In this document: positions 30,088 to 40,360 of the stretch, in pieces | Layout: each line of letters begins with the position of its first letter | Position numbering within the stretch: the stretch's first letter is position 1 | DNA from: an uncultured Chloroflexia bacterium | Lineage (GTDB): Bacteria > Chloroflexota > Limnocylindria > Limnocylindrales > CSP1-4 | Assembly: GCA_963817095.1 (NCBI GenBank) | Contig: CAWFND010000008.1 | Coordinates: 229,911 to 293,910, forward strand | Direction: 5' to 3' | Length of the DNA: 64,000 nucleotides | Made by a program: the position numbers and the translations under genes | The notes under the pieces: model-generated | Told to the model about the DNA's origin: nothing | The model's input: only the letters and a program-made list of their open reading frames with translations | Database searches by the model: none

Positions 30088-30483
30088 AGTGCAGACCGCG
30101 CGATCCCTGCCGGACCCTTGACGCCGGCTCCGCAACGCTCAGTCCAGAGCCGAGGTCAGGTGGGCCACGGCGGGTCAAGCTCGCCGTGAGGCCACGCGGC
30201 AGCGCCTCTTGGGCGAGGGCGAGCCGCCAGATCAGGGCGAGCGCCTGCTCGAGTGGGCGCTCCAAGCGACGTGCGGTACTACCTGGCCTGCTGGGCGTGG
30301 ATGCTCGGCCAAACGGGGCTAGCGGACTGCGGCCCGCCTACGCCGTCGGTCTAGCGTCGCGGACGTGGCCGACGCGCGGAGCGGCGGGCCATGTGACCCT
30401 ATCCGGTGGCGCCTATCACGGCGCTCAACCGGGAGGGCCTCGAATGGCTATCGAAGCCGGATCGGCGGATCGGCTCGAACGGC

Positions 30484-30924
30484 TCAGGCCGAGACAGACG
30501 CCCCGCCCGGGGCGGGCACAACGCCGAACTGGATGAGCATGCCGAGCGAGTCCACGAGGGCCCAGCTCTCGGCCACAAGGCCACCGGCCAGCCGAACGAT
30601 GTGCACTTCCTGCCAGGTTGCGCTCTGCCCCGTCGGCGGGATGCCCATGAACGGTCCGGTCATGGTCCCGTGGCCCGTGATGAAGTGCACGAGCTTGTCG
30701 CCCTCGACGATCTCGTCCTCGATCGTGTAGTGGAGATCGGGCAGCGCTGCTCGGAACCGAGTGATCGATCCCTTCATCCCTTCGGCCGTGGGGGCCGCGC
30801 CAGTCCAGGGCGAGTGATCCACGAAGGTTGGGGCGAGGAACTGGTCGAGCGTCTCGACGTTGCCCTGGTTCATGACGGTTTCAAGAAACTGGGCGCCAGC
30901 CGCCTTGATTTCAGCGGGGGTCAT
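30484..30924 (-). CDS. SnoaL-like / NTF2-fold ester-cyclase family protein
   Basis: MTPAEIKAAGAQFLETVMNQGNVETLDQFLAPTFVDHSP... SD GAGGTG. Confidence 0.75.
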   Translation of the reverse strand: MTPAEIKAAGAQFLETVMNQGNVETLDQFLAPTFVDHSPWTGAAPTAEGMKGSITRFRAALPDLHYTIEDEIVEGDKLVHFITGHGTMTGPFMGIPPTGQSATWQEVHIVRLAGGLVAESWALVDSLGMLIQFGVVPAPGGASVSA

Positions 30925-31277
30925 GACCACACCTCATCGGGGACTCCGATCGCACCGAGGCCATCCCAGTCGCGGTCTGCTAGGGCATGGCACTTGTAAC
31001 GCCGGTTCCTTTGGTCTGTCGAGATAGTTATCCACATTCGCGACGACGTTCTCCGCCGTCAAATTCAGCCGGGCCGCAATGCAATGCGATCTCTTCCGTT
31101 CATGGCGTTGCATCAGATACCGCAGTTGACGACCTTCACCGTCGTCAGCAACGAGTTCCTCGGCGGCGGCAAGGAGAAGTCGGAATACGTGGTGCAAGCG
31201 AAGGGTCTTCAATGCCTCAAGAAACCATCGGCCCCTTCGGTCGATCCGAAGGGGCCGATGTCTAGGCCGTCAGACGG

Positions 31278-32156
31278 CTATTTCGAATGGTGCGATTGCG
31301 ATCCGTGATGTTGGCCCGATCGGTTCTTGGTCTTGTCCTTTGCGCCCGATTGCACACTCGCATGCCGGACCGTGGCCTGATGGTGTGCCTTGGTCGAGTG
31401 CTTGACCGGCGATGTCGCTCCGTCGCTCCCGGTCGTGGGGTTGACGTTCGCGGTGACGACTGGCGGTAGCGCGCCCGGGTTCTTGCCTCCGGTCGCGAAG
31501 TAACTGACGCAGTCGCCCTGGTTCTTGAAGTGGTTGCCGGCGTTGTCGATCATCGCCTGCCAGCCGCCATCCTTGCAGTCGGATTTCGTGGGGACGGTTT
31601 CGGTGATGACGACATTGTCGATGGCTGGGCCGAACGGGCCCACTGTCGTGCTGACGAAGCTGAGCTTCGTGCTCGCGCTTGTCGCCAGGAACGTGTAGGT
31701 CTCCGGCGTCCAGTTCATGTTGGTGAGATCGTTCCCGGTCACGTCATAGGTGTAACTGGCTGTGGCTCCGCCCGTCGCGCTGGCGTCGAGCGTCTTGACC
31801 GTCGGAGGCCCGTCCGGGTTTCCTGAGAGAAAGAACGAGACGGTGTAGGTGTTGCCGATCGTCGTCGCGAGCGTCTGGCTGATCGTCCCGGCGTCGGCGC
31901 CGCTCATGTCGATGCTCATCGAGCCGTCCTGAGCCGTCCAGTGGGTGCCAACCCAGTCGACGCTTCCTGCGTCCACGGTCCAGCCGGTGATGCTGGTGTC
32001 GCCGGTGTTCAACTGTTCGAAGCCGGATCCACCGTCGACGTACGTGCCAGTCTCGAAACTCCCGTTGGTCGGCCCGGTGAAGGCCAGAGTGGCTCCTGCG
32101 AGCGCGATGGCAGCCAGGCCTCCGAAGGCAATGCCTAGGCCGGATCGTCTTGTCAC
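31278..32156 (-). CDS. secreted DUF642 / choice-of-anchor-C domain protein with basic His-rich C-terminal tail
   Basis: GTG start with GGAGGA at -6. Signal peptide RRSGLGIAFGGLAAIALAGATLA. GSFETG...WTV...SIDMSG...NTYTVSFFLSGNP blocks. Confidence 0.65.
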   Translation of the reverse strand: MTRRSGLGIAFGGLAAIALAGATLAFTGPTNGSFETGTYVDGGSGFEQLNTGDTSITGWTVDAGSVDWVGTHWTAQDGSMSIDMSGADAGTISQTLATTIGNTYTVSFFLSGNPDGPPTVKTLDASATGGATASYTYDVTGNDLTNMNWTPETYTFLATSASTKLSFVSTTVGPFGPAIDNVVITETVPTKSDCKDGGWQAMIDNAGNHFKNQGDCVSYFATGGKNPGALPPVVTANVNPTTGSDGATSPVKHSTKAHHQATVRHASVQSGAKDKTKNRSGQHHGSQSHHSK

Positions 32157-32470
32157 GGGGCATCCTCCTGCCGACAGCAGTGGCGGGACGAGCCTGGTCG
32201 TCTTAGGCCGTCCTCGGTGCCGCAACCGCGATATCGCGGCATTCGCCCGGCGTGACTACCGTAGACGCGAAAGAGGCCACGTAAAGCGGGCAAATGGTCC
32301 CGGGCGAGGTGGACATGAGTTCAGCCTCTTCGGACAGAGTTGCCCCGAAACCGCGGGCGATCGCCGCCCCGTGTGACCTCAGGGCGACTTGCAGGCCTCC
32401 CCTTGCAGGCCTCCCACAGCCAGCGTCCATGACCTTCGTCGGTCCGATCGGGCGCGCGAAGGCCGTGCAG

Positions 32471-32491
32471 CAATGCAAGGGAAAGGTCTAG
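32471..32491 (+). repeat. copy 1 of recurring motif CAATGCAAGGGAAAGGTCTAG
   Basis: Identical 21-mer to copy 2. About 140 nt upstream of the cyclase gene. Confidence 0.5.
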
Positions 32492-32633
32492 CGCCGGAAT
32501 GATCGATCGTTGATCTCGGACTTGAACCCGAAGAGCGACGCCTTCGGCCGCGTAACGAGGGCCTAGAGAGGACCAAGAGCGTACAGCGGTCGGCGATCAA
32601 GGCGCGAACTCGAGTCGCGTAACCTTCGGCGGC

Positions 32634-33856
32634 ATGAGCAGCGGTGCCATCACGGCGGGGCTAACTAGACTGGTATCGATCGCCGACCTTTCGGGGGACG
32701 ACGACGACACCCGACTGCGCAAGCGAATTGGCGTGGCAGCCGGACTGATCACGATCGTTGCGCCATGGACATTGCCGCTCCTGTCGCCCACGCCTCTCGG
32801 GATTGGCCTCGCGATCGGGCTATCGACCTACAGCGCGATCAACCTCACGGTCCTCGCGAGGACACGGCGCTTCGAGCGCTATGTGGTCGTCCTCATTGCA
32901 GCGGGACCCGTATTCGTTTTCGCGACAAACGCCCTGGCCGGCGGGGTAACGACCAGCGGCGCAGCATGGGTCTGGGCCTTCCTCACCCCGGCCTACGCGA
33001 TCCTTGCTCTCGGGCTACGGCGAGCTACGCCGTGGCATGTCTTCTTCCTGGCAGCCCTTCTGCTCACGGTGGCGCTTGATCCGGTTGTTCGGATCTGGCT
33101 CGCGCCCCCGCCGTATGCGATCCAACTCGTCTTCTACGCCCAGAACATCGCTGCCCCGCTAACGGTGACGTTCCTGCTCCTTCGCTTCAGTGATCTTCGG
33201 AGGCGGGCGGCGGAAGCCCGTTCCGACGAGCTATTGATGAACGCGATCCCCGCGTCAATCGCCACCGGCTCAAGCACGGCGAGAGCCATATTGCTGAGGC
33301 CTACCCCGAAACGACGGTCATGTTCGCCGACATCGCGGGGTTCACTCCGTGGGCGCATCGGACCGAGCCCGCCCGCGTCGTCGCCCTGCTCGACGATCTT
33401 TTCAGCCGCTGGGACGGCCTTGCCTTTGATCATGGGATCGAAAAGATCAAGACCGTCGGCGACGCGTTCATGGCCGTCGCCGGCGCCCCCGAACCCAGCG
33501 GCGACCACGCCCTGCGGGCCCTCGCCTTCGCCCGATCGATCCTAGTGGCGACTGCCGACTGGCGAGCGGCGAACGACATCGACCTCGAGATACGCGTGGG
33601 CCTCGCGAGTGGTCCGGTCGTGGGCGGGGTCATCGGGCGGCGTCGGCTGCTCTTTGATCTTTGGGGCGGCACTGTCAACACAGCGGCCCGCATGGAGTCG
33701 ACAGGAATCCCCGGCCGGATTCATCTCGCCGCTTCCACACGCGCCCTGCTTGGCAACGTTGGCGTCGAGCCGCGCGAGATCGACGTCAAGGGTCTCGGCC
33801 CGATGACGACCTACCTTGTCGCGAACGAGGGCCTCGAGCGGTCCGTGAGCGGATGA
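32634..33856 (+). CDS. membrane-anchored class III adenylate/guanylate cyclase (6 TM helices plus CHD), with a 1-nt deletion near 33262-33270
   Basis: TM domain, then LLMNAIPASIA | (frame -1) LKHGESHIAEAYPETTVMFADIAGFTPWA...KIKTVGDAFMAV...GTVNTAARMES. Confidence 0.7.
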
Positions 33857-33881
33857 ATTGGGGACGCCGGAGGCCGAGTGC

Positions 33882-33902
33882 CAATGCAAGGGAAAGGTCT
33901 AG
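33882..33902 (+). repeat. copy 2 of motif CAATGCAAGGGAAAGGTCTAG
   Basis: Identical to copy 1. Its terminal CTA is the stop codon of the minus-strand gene 33899.. Confidence 0.5.
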
Positions 33903-34592
33903 CCCCCTGTCGAGCTAGTCGCCCAAGATGGGATTGCCGGGCTTAGCCCCGACCACAGCGGGGTCGCCGGGGGCTCTGCCGGCACCACCTCGGGCGACGC
34001 GATGATGACGGTGCGGAGCGACTGCTCGGTCCGAAGGCTCTCCCGGGTGCTGTCGACGCTGCGATCCAGCAATGCAGTGAGGAGTGCCACGTTGTAGGGG
34101 ACGCGCCTGCCTGCCCGACGATCAATTGCGTCCATCGCAGCGGCGAGCCACTCGAAGTTCTCATAGACGGCTGGGTCCTCGAACCGTGCCCGCATCGCGA
34201 TGCAATAGAGGCCGAGGTATCCCCACCAGGCCTGGCAGGAGTTGCCGTGGTTGTCCCAGAGCAACCTCCGGTCGAGGTGCCCGGCCCGGGTCAGTGTCCC
34301 GAGCCCCTCCCAGTAGTTGGCGAGCGTCCCGGCTGCTGCGCCAGGGACATCCGCCGGGTCCACCCCGCCCTGGAGAGCGACGAGGACGTTCAACCTATAC
34401 GACAGGAGCCGCTCAGAGTTCCACTCGCGGAGGAACGCGTTGATCTGCTCGATGGCCCCTGGCTCCGCTGGAGCCGTAGCTGGCGGTAGATGGCGATGAA
34501 CGTGACGGCGAGGACGACCCCGCTGAGCGCCGTCCAGAACCACTCCGAGCCCGGCCCGTGAACGCCATCCCGTCGGTGTTGATGAACTTCAC
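33899..34592 (-). CDS. hypothetical protein with N-terminal TM helix (two homopolymer frameshifts)
   Basis: Stitched reading VKFINTDGMAFTG|PGSEWFWTALSGVVLAVTFIAIYRQLRLQRSQG|AIEQINAFLREWNSERLLSYRLNVLVALQGG... Junctions lie in a GGGCCGGGC run (~34550) and a GGGG run (~34458). Confidence 0.4.
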
Positions 34593-34689
34593 GTCCGCTC
34601 CCTATGCCCTGCTACCCCCGTGGGCGGACGATACGCGGGAGGCGAGAGTCCGTTCCTGGTTTCGCGCGGGATGGAAGGCTGTGATCGGT

Positions 34690-34706
34690 ACAAGGGAAAG
34701 GTTTAG
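34690..34706 (+). repeat. copy 3 (degenerate) of the motif: ACAAGGGAAAGGTTTAG
   Basis: About 290 nt upstream of the LLM oxidoreductase gene. Confidence 0.4.
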
Positions 34707-34995
34707 CACAACGCCGCGCACGAAGAGCCCCGGCCTCTACTTCAGGGCGGTCCGTCCAAGCTCGACGCGCTCCCTCGTCGACGCACGAACGCCTGGAGAG
34801 CGAAGAACGCGCGAGGCCCGTACCCGAGCATCAACGGAGACGTCCGGAGCGCGCAGGGACATCGTCGTCCTCGGACGTGGACGAGTCACCTCTCGGGTCT
34901 CATGCGTGCCCGGACGGTCTTCGTCGCGACCAGCGCTTCGCGACACTACTGTTGGCTCGACCGTTGCCGCCTAGTCCGCGAACCGGAGAACGCAG

Positions 34996-35946
34996 ATGGC
35001 ATTGCCCGAGATCGGCGTCGCCCTCAACTCGTTTCGTTCGGCCAACGACCCACGGACGCTCGGCTGGACGGAGCTCCGCCGCCTTGCCGTCCAGAGCGAG
35101 GCCCTCGGCTTCGACACGATCTGGATCCCCGACACGCTGATCGGTCGGTTCGAGCCTGGCGGGCCGGTCCACGGCTGGTGGGATGCGATCGCCCTCCTCG
35201 CCGCGGTCGCAACCTCGACCTCCCGGATCAAGCTCGGCTCGTGGGTACTGGCAAGCCTCTACCGCGATCCCGGGATAACGGCGAAGCAGGCGGCCACCAT
35301 CGATGAGATCAGCGCCGGCAGGTTCGTCCTTGGCATCGGGGCGGGCGCCGCCGGGACTGCGTCGCGGGCATTCGGCTTCCCCGATGACCACGTGTACGAG
35401 CGGTTCGAGGAATCGCTCGAGGTTCTCGTCCCGCTCCTTCGAACCGGCCGCGCCGACTTCGAGGGAACCTACCGGCGGGCTCGCGAGCTGCCGCAGCTTC
35501 CGACTGGGCCGCGGCCGGGCGCGATCCCGCTCCTGCTGGCAGCCCACGGGCCCAAGGGGTACCGCCACGCGGCGCGAGTCGCCGACATCTGGAGCTGCTA
35601 CCAGCTCGAGCGCGGCGACGCGGCTGAGCTCGGACCGCGCGTCCGTGCGCTCGAGACGGCCTGCGGCGAGGTCGGGCGCGACCCGGCGAGTATCGGTCGG
35701 TCGGCCGGCATCGTCGTCGCCCCGCTGGCGCCCGAAGGCGCGACCGTGACGACGCCGTACGGGACCGCTCTGTCGGGCCCGGCGGAGCAAATCGCCGAGT
35801 CGATCCGCTCGCTGGTCGAGGTCGGATTCACCCAGGTCGAGCTCTGGCCGGAACCGATGACGGTCGAGGCCCTCGACGCCATGGCTCCGCTCCTGACTCT
35901 GCTCGACGCGAGCCATCGCCCGGAAGGCGTGTCTCCGAAATCCTGA
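34996..35946 (+). CDS. LLM-class (luciferase-like) flavin/F420-dependent oxidoreductase
   Basis: MALPEIGVALNSF...GFDTIWIPD...GRFVLGIGAG... SD GGAGA. Confidence 0.85.
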   Translation: MALPEIGVALNSFRSANDPRTLGWTELRRLAVQSEALGFDTIWIPDTLIGRFEPGGPVHGWWDAIALLAAVATSTSRIKLGSWVLASLYRDPGITAKQAATIDEISAGRFVLGIGAGAAGTASRAFGFPDDHVYERFEESLEVLVPLLRTGRADFEGTYRRARELPQLPTGPRPGAIPLLLAAHGPKGYRHAARVADIWSCYQLERGDAAELGPRVRALETACGEVGRDPASIGRSAGIVVAPLAPEGATVTTPYGTALSGPAEQIAESIRSLVEVGFTQVELWPEPMTVEALDAMAPLLTLLDASHRPEGVSPKS

Positions 35947-36167
35947 GCGACCCGGCCCTCGGCACTTGGCACGCGAGCAGGGCACGAGATCTAGTGTCGA
36001 GTCAGTCTCAGACGAGCCGGCGCGGATTCCGGCGCGTGTTCGCCAGTTCTGCGGGACTCGAGATGAGCTTCACACCCGTGCCCTCCATCCTGCTGCCCGA
36101 CGTGCGGACGATATCCGCGGGATGCGACGGCGTTCGTCCTCGTGGGACACCTGCGAACACTGAGTAG

Positions 36168-36189
36168 CAGTGCAAGGGAAGGGTTTATC
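36168..36189 (+). repeat. copy 4 (degenerate) of the motif: GCAGTGCAAGGGAAGGGTTTATC
   Basis: About 160 nt upstream of the ECF sigma gene. Confidence 0.4.
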
Positions 36190-36345
36190 TGCTGCGCGGC
36201 AGAAAGGGACCTCGACTCCAGTTCATCTCCAGTCGTTCCGTCTTCGGCACTGGGATCTCGACTTTTCGAAGATGGAACATCTCCCCAGCAACCCGACTCA
36301 TGATGGGTAAGCGCGGCCACCGAACCGCCACGAGCCGGATGTCCG

Positions 36346-36903
36346 ATGCAGCGAGACCTCGTCCTTCGTGCCACGAGCGGGGAACACGACGCCTTCACTG
36401 AGCTCGCCGCGGGTGCCTTCGACCACCTGCACCGGACCGCGCGGCTGATCCTGCGCAGTGACGATCTCGCGGCCGATGCCGTCCAGGAGGCCCTCATGGC
36501 GGCCTGGCTGCACATCCGCGCCGTGCGCGATCCCGACCGCTTCGATGCCTGGCTCCATCGGCTCCTCGTCCACGCCTGCTACCGCGAGGCGCGCAAGATC
36601 CGTCAGCGCGCGGTGGTCGAGATCCATGTCAGCGCGCCTGAGGCGCGCGGCGATGGCGATGCCCAGGACCGGACCGCCCTCCACGACCAGCTCGAGCGAG
36701 GCTTCCGACGCCTGACCGCCGAGCAACGGGCCGTCCTGGTCGTCCACTACTACCTCGGGCTGCGTGATGCCGAGGCGGCGATCGTCCTCGACATCGCGGT
36801 CGGCACCTTCAAGTCCCGGCTGCACCGCGCTTCATCCGCATTGCGCGCGGCAATCGACGCCGACGAGCGGACGCCGACCGTCGGCGAGGAGTCCATCGCA
36901 TGA
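36346..36903 (+). CDS. ECF (sigma-70 family) RNA polymerase sigma factor
   Basis: Region 2 FDAWLHRLLVHACYRE and region 4 HTH VLVVHYYLGLRDAEAAIVLDIAVGTFKSRLHRA. Confidence 0.85.
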   Translation: MQRDLVLRATSGEHDAFTELAAGAFDHLHRTARLILRSDDLAADAVQEALMAAWLHIRAVRDPDRFDAWLHRLLVHACYREARKIRQRAVVEIHVSAPEARGDGDAQDRTALHDQLERGFRRLTAEQRAVLVVHYYLGLRDAEAAIVLDIAVGTFKSRLHRASSALRAAIDADERTPTVGEESIA

Positions 36904-38225
36904 TCGGCCACGACGACTTCGATCGAACGCTCGCCGGCTGGTTCGAGGCCGAGCGCGGCATCGCCGGCGCCCACCGCCGGTCTCGAGCGGGTCGTCGACG
37001 CGACCCGCCGCCGGCGGCCCCGGCCGGGGTGGCTCGCCGGGCCCGGCAGCCACTGGGTCGGGGAGGCACCATCAGATGCCGGCTCGAGCACCGGGAGCCG
37101 GTCCCTCCCGCGCCTGGATGCGCGCTGGTGGACCGCCCTGATCCTGCTGTTGCTCGTCGCCGCCATCGTCGGCGGGGCGCTCCTCGTCGGTGCCCGGCTG
37201 GTCCATCCCTCGCCGCTTCCGCGCCTCGGCCATCTTGCCTATGGCCTCGACGGCGATATCTACCTTGCCGACTGGGATGGAGGGAACCCGATCAGGATCG
37301 CCGACGGCGTACCCGCCAACAGCCGGGACTCGTGCGGCAACTTCGGTGGAGAGCCAACATTCGGGGCAGAGGGAACAATGTGGTCGCCCGACGGACGGCA
37401 TCTCGCCTATCGATCCTGCGGGACGGTCTTCATCAGTGACCCAACAGGCCACGCCGTCGTTTCAATGCCCGGCAATGGATGGCTGGTCTCGTGGGCGCCG
37501 GACTCCGCTCGCGTTGCTACGTGGGTAGGCGGCGGGGCGAAGACGATCGGCATCTACGGGCTCGACGGAATCCTTCAGGCATCGCTCACGTTGCCGTCCG
37601 GACTTGCGCCAACAGGCGACTACGACCCGATCTGGTCGCCCGATGGCAGATCGGTCCTGATCCGGCTGGGGCCGCCTTCCCCGTCGGTGGTCTGGGAAGT
37701 CCCAGTCGACGGAGCGCCGCCACAGCCCGTCCCGGTAGACGACCCGCGATCGCACCTGGCCACGTACTCGCCCGACGGACATCACGTCGCCTACAGCACC
37801 GCCGACTCCACCACCGAGTCGCTCATCGTTGCCGCGGCCGACGGTTCCCAGGTTCGGGTGATGAGCAGCGAAGTCATCCCCGGCTGGGTTGATTCTCCGC
37901 GCTGGTCCCCGACGGGTGACCAGATCGCCTTCATCTGGAGGAGCGACATCTGGCAGGATCAGGCGGGCAATCCGATGCCGGGCACTCCGAGCTCCGCCTC
38001 GTCGACATGTCGAACGGAGCAGTGGCGTCACTGGCCACTGCCCCCGCGCCCGACTCGCTTGGCGTCATCGGGTTCTCACCTGATGGTGACCGGATCCTGT
38101 TCTCAAGGTTGGACGGCAACAACGCGACGTCCCTCTGGAGCGTTCAGACGGACGGCTCCGAGGATCGGCCCCTCGTCTCCGGCACCGACTGGGGCGAGTG
38201 GCAGCCACTGCCGGCCGGTCCGTGA
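36900..38225 (+). CDS. anti-sigma factor with single TM helix and periplasmic TolB-like beta-propeller domain (two frame changes, ~36955 and ~37988)
   Basis: MIGHDDFDRTLAGWFEAE | APTAGLERVVDATRRRRPRPGWLA...RWWTALILLLLVAAIVGG (TM) ...SPDGRHLAY/SPDGRSVLI/SPDGHHVAY/SPTGDQIAF blades | ...MSNGAVASLAT...GFSPDGDRILFS...WQPLPAGP*. ATGA overlap with the sigma gene. Confidence 0.6.
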
Positions 38226-38417
38226 TCGGATCCACTCCGCTCGTCTTCCTGGGCGCGTAGACGGCTCGCATGCCGGTCTGGCCGAATCGTGCCAGAGACA
38301 GGCCGTCTGAGGTGAAGGATCGCGGAGGCCTACTTCAGCGAATACCGAGCGCGGGCTGCGATGACGTTGGTCCGATCGCGCCAGGGATGCGCGAAGGCCG
38401 CGTACCAGTTCTCGGCC

Positions 38418-38810
38418 TTATCTGACGGGCTCAGTCGTCTTCGGCGGCTTGAGATGGCGTCTGATCTGGGCCTCGAGCTGCGGCTTTGGCAGCGCGCCGA
38501 CGAGGCGATCCACGACCGAGCCGTCGCGGAGCACGACCATGGTCGGGATGCTCGATGCGTCGAAGCGACGGGCGAGGCCCTGGTTCTCGTCGACGTTGAC
38601 CTTGACGACCTTCAGGCGCCCTGCGTACTGATGGGCAAGCTCGTCGAGGATCGGCGACACGAACCGGCACGGCCCGCACCATGGTGCCCAGAGATCGATC
38701 ACGACGGTCGGCTGGGCCCGCGTCTCGGCTTCGAACGTCGACTCGTCGGCGTCCACCACCCACGCCAGCGCGCTTGCCGCAGTTCCCGCAATGCGGCGAA
38801 CCCCGATCAC
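38418..38810 (-). CDS. thioredoxin
   Basis: WAPWCGPCR active site and IPTMVVLRDG. Start possibly internal to the listed ORF. Confidence 0.8.
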   Translation of the reverse strand: MIGVRRIAGTAASALAWVVDADESTFEAETRAQPTVVIDLWAPWCGPCRFVSPILDELAHQYAGRLKVVKVNVDENQGLARRFDASSIPTMVVLRDGSVVDRLVGALPKPQLEAQIRRHLKPPKTTEPVR

Positions 38811-38901
38811 TCGGCCCGATCCGGTTCCGTTTCCCGCAAGAGGCGCACGTCAGTGTCGTCACGTCAGATCGGCCCGCCGTTGCGTCCGCAGACGACCTCG
38901 C

Positions 38902-39747
38902 CTAGCCCCGGGGCGCCCAGGTGATGATCCCGATCGAGCCGACCGGCGGCGACGCGAGGGTCCAGCCGTCGTCGTCGCGCTCACGGGCCATCACGGACAG
39001 CGCCTCGCGGAACCGCTGCTCCTTCTCGCCGTCGTCGGCGATCCAGAGCTGGCGCCGGATGAACGTCGCCAGGCCGTCGAACGAGTCGAACGTGCGCGGC
39101 GACCGCTCGACCCGCTGGATCTCCGTCTTCCGGCCGCGCGCACGGAGCAGCTCGGCCAGCTCCGGCAGCGCCGGCAGCGGCACGCGCTCGACGCCGTGGA
39201 CGATCGGCCAGAACGGGTCGGCGACCGACGCCGGGCTCTGGTCGGTCAGCATCGCGACGCAGAGACGTCCGGCGGCTGTCTCCATGGCATCGAGGAAGGG
39301 CCCGATCGCCTCGATGTCGTATCCGACATGGGTGACCGAGGCGACGTCGGCGACGGGCGGGTCGCCGAGATCCGCGAGCGCGGCCGGCCAGACACCGGCC
39401 ACGATCTTCAGGTTCGCGAGACCGTGCTCGGACTTGCCCGTCCGGAGCGCGTTCCGCATCGAGGCGGACGGCTCGACCGCGATCACCTCGGCAACGTGGA
39501 TCGCGAGCGGCAGCGCATAGCGCCCGGCGCCGGCCCCGATGTCGAGCCAGCGATCCTCGGGCTCGGCCAGGGCCAGCAGAGCGTCCAGTGCATCCTCGGT
39601 CCGGCGCGGGTCGGCGACGAACAGTGACGAGACGGGGGCGTAGAAGTCGTGGTCGGGGACCTCGCGGACCTGGTCGACCTGCTCGCGGTTGGCGCGGACG
39701 CGCTCGGCCCAGGCCTCCTCGAGCGCGGTGGCGGTTGCGGTCGTCAT
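38902..39747 (-). CDS. class I SAM-dependent methyltransferase
   Basis: Motif I WLDIGAGAGRYALPLA. Start taken at MTTATATALEEAWAERV. Confidence 0.75.
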   Translation of the reverse strand: MTTATATALEEAWAERVRANREQVDQVREVPDHDFYAPVSSLFVADPRRTEDALDALLALAEPEDRWLDIGAGAGRYALPLAIHVAEVIAVEPSASMRNALRTGKSEHGLANLKIVAGVWPAALADLGDPPVADVASVTHVGYDIEAIGPFLDAMETAAGRLCVAMLTDQSPASVADPFWPIVHGVERVPLPALPELAELLRARGRKTEIQRVERSPRTFDSFDGLATFIRRQLWIADDGEKEQRFREALSVMARERDDDGWTLASPPVGSIGIITWAPRG

Positions 39748-39751
39748 GGCG

Positions 39752-40360
39752 TCACGATACGTCGGACGGCGGCTTCCCGGCGCCGACCAGGCGGTCGAGG
39801 TCGGCGGGCGTGTCGACATCCGGGTTGGAGCCGTCCACGGGCACGACCCGGACCAGCTCGGGATGGGCGGTGAGGACGGGGCCGAAACCCCGGTCCCCGG
39901 CGAGCTCGTCGGCGAGACGCCAGATCGCGCGTCGAGCGACGATCGGGTTCGGGGCGGCGTCGTCGGCGTAGCGTGGGACGACGAAGGGCGTCACCGGATC
40001 GGCGGCGAGCGCCGCGACGAGCCGGCGGATCACCTCGGCCCGAACGAGCGGCTGGTCGCCGGGCAGGATCACGGCCGCCTCGACGGCCTCGTCGAGCTCC
40101 AGCGCGCGGAGCCCCAGCCGTACCGAGCCCGAGAGGCCTTCGGCCGGCTTCGGGTTGATGACGCGAAGCACGGCGCCCAGCTCGAGATCGTCCAGCTCGC
40201 CCGCCGGCGGCACGACGACGACGATCGGATCGAGCGACGCCGCGCGGGCGGCGTCGACGACGTGAGCGACGATCGGGCGGCCGTGGAGCAAGGCTCGGAG
40301 CTTGCCCCCGCCGAACCGGGAGCCGCTTCCGGCCGCCAGGACGACGGCCGCGATCGTCAT
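39752..40360 (-). CDS. MobA/MocA-like molybdenum-cofactor nucleotidyltransferase family protein
   Basis: MTIAAVVLAAGSGSRFGGGKLRALLHGRPIV... ILPGDQPLV. Confidence 0.75.
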   Translation of the reverse strand: MTIAAVVLAAGSGSRFGGGKLRALLHGRPIVAHVVDAARAASLDPIVVVVPPAGELDDLELGAVLRVINPKPAEGLSGSVRLGLRALELDEAVEAAVILPGDQPLVRAEVIRRLVAALAADPVTPFVVPRYADDAAPNPIVARRAIWRLADELAGDRGFGPVLTAHPELVRVVPVDGSNPDVDTPADLDRLVGAGKPPSDVS

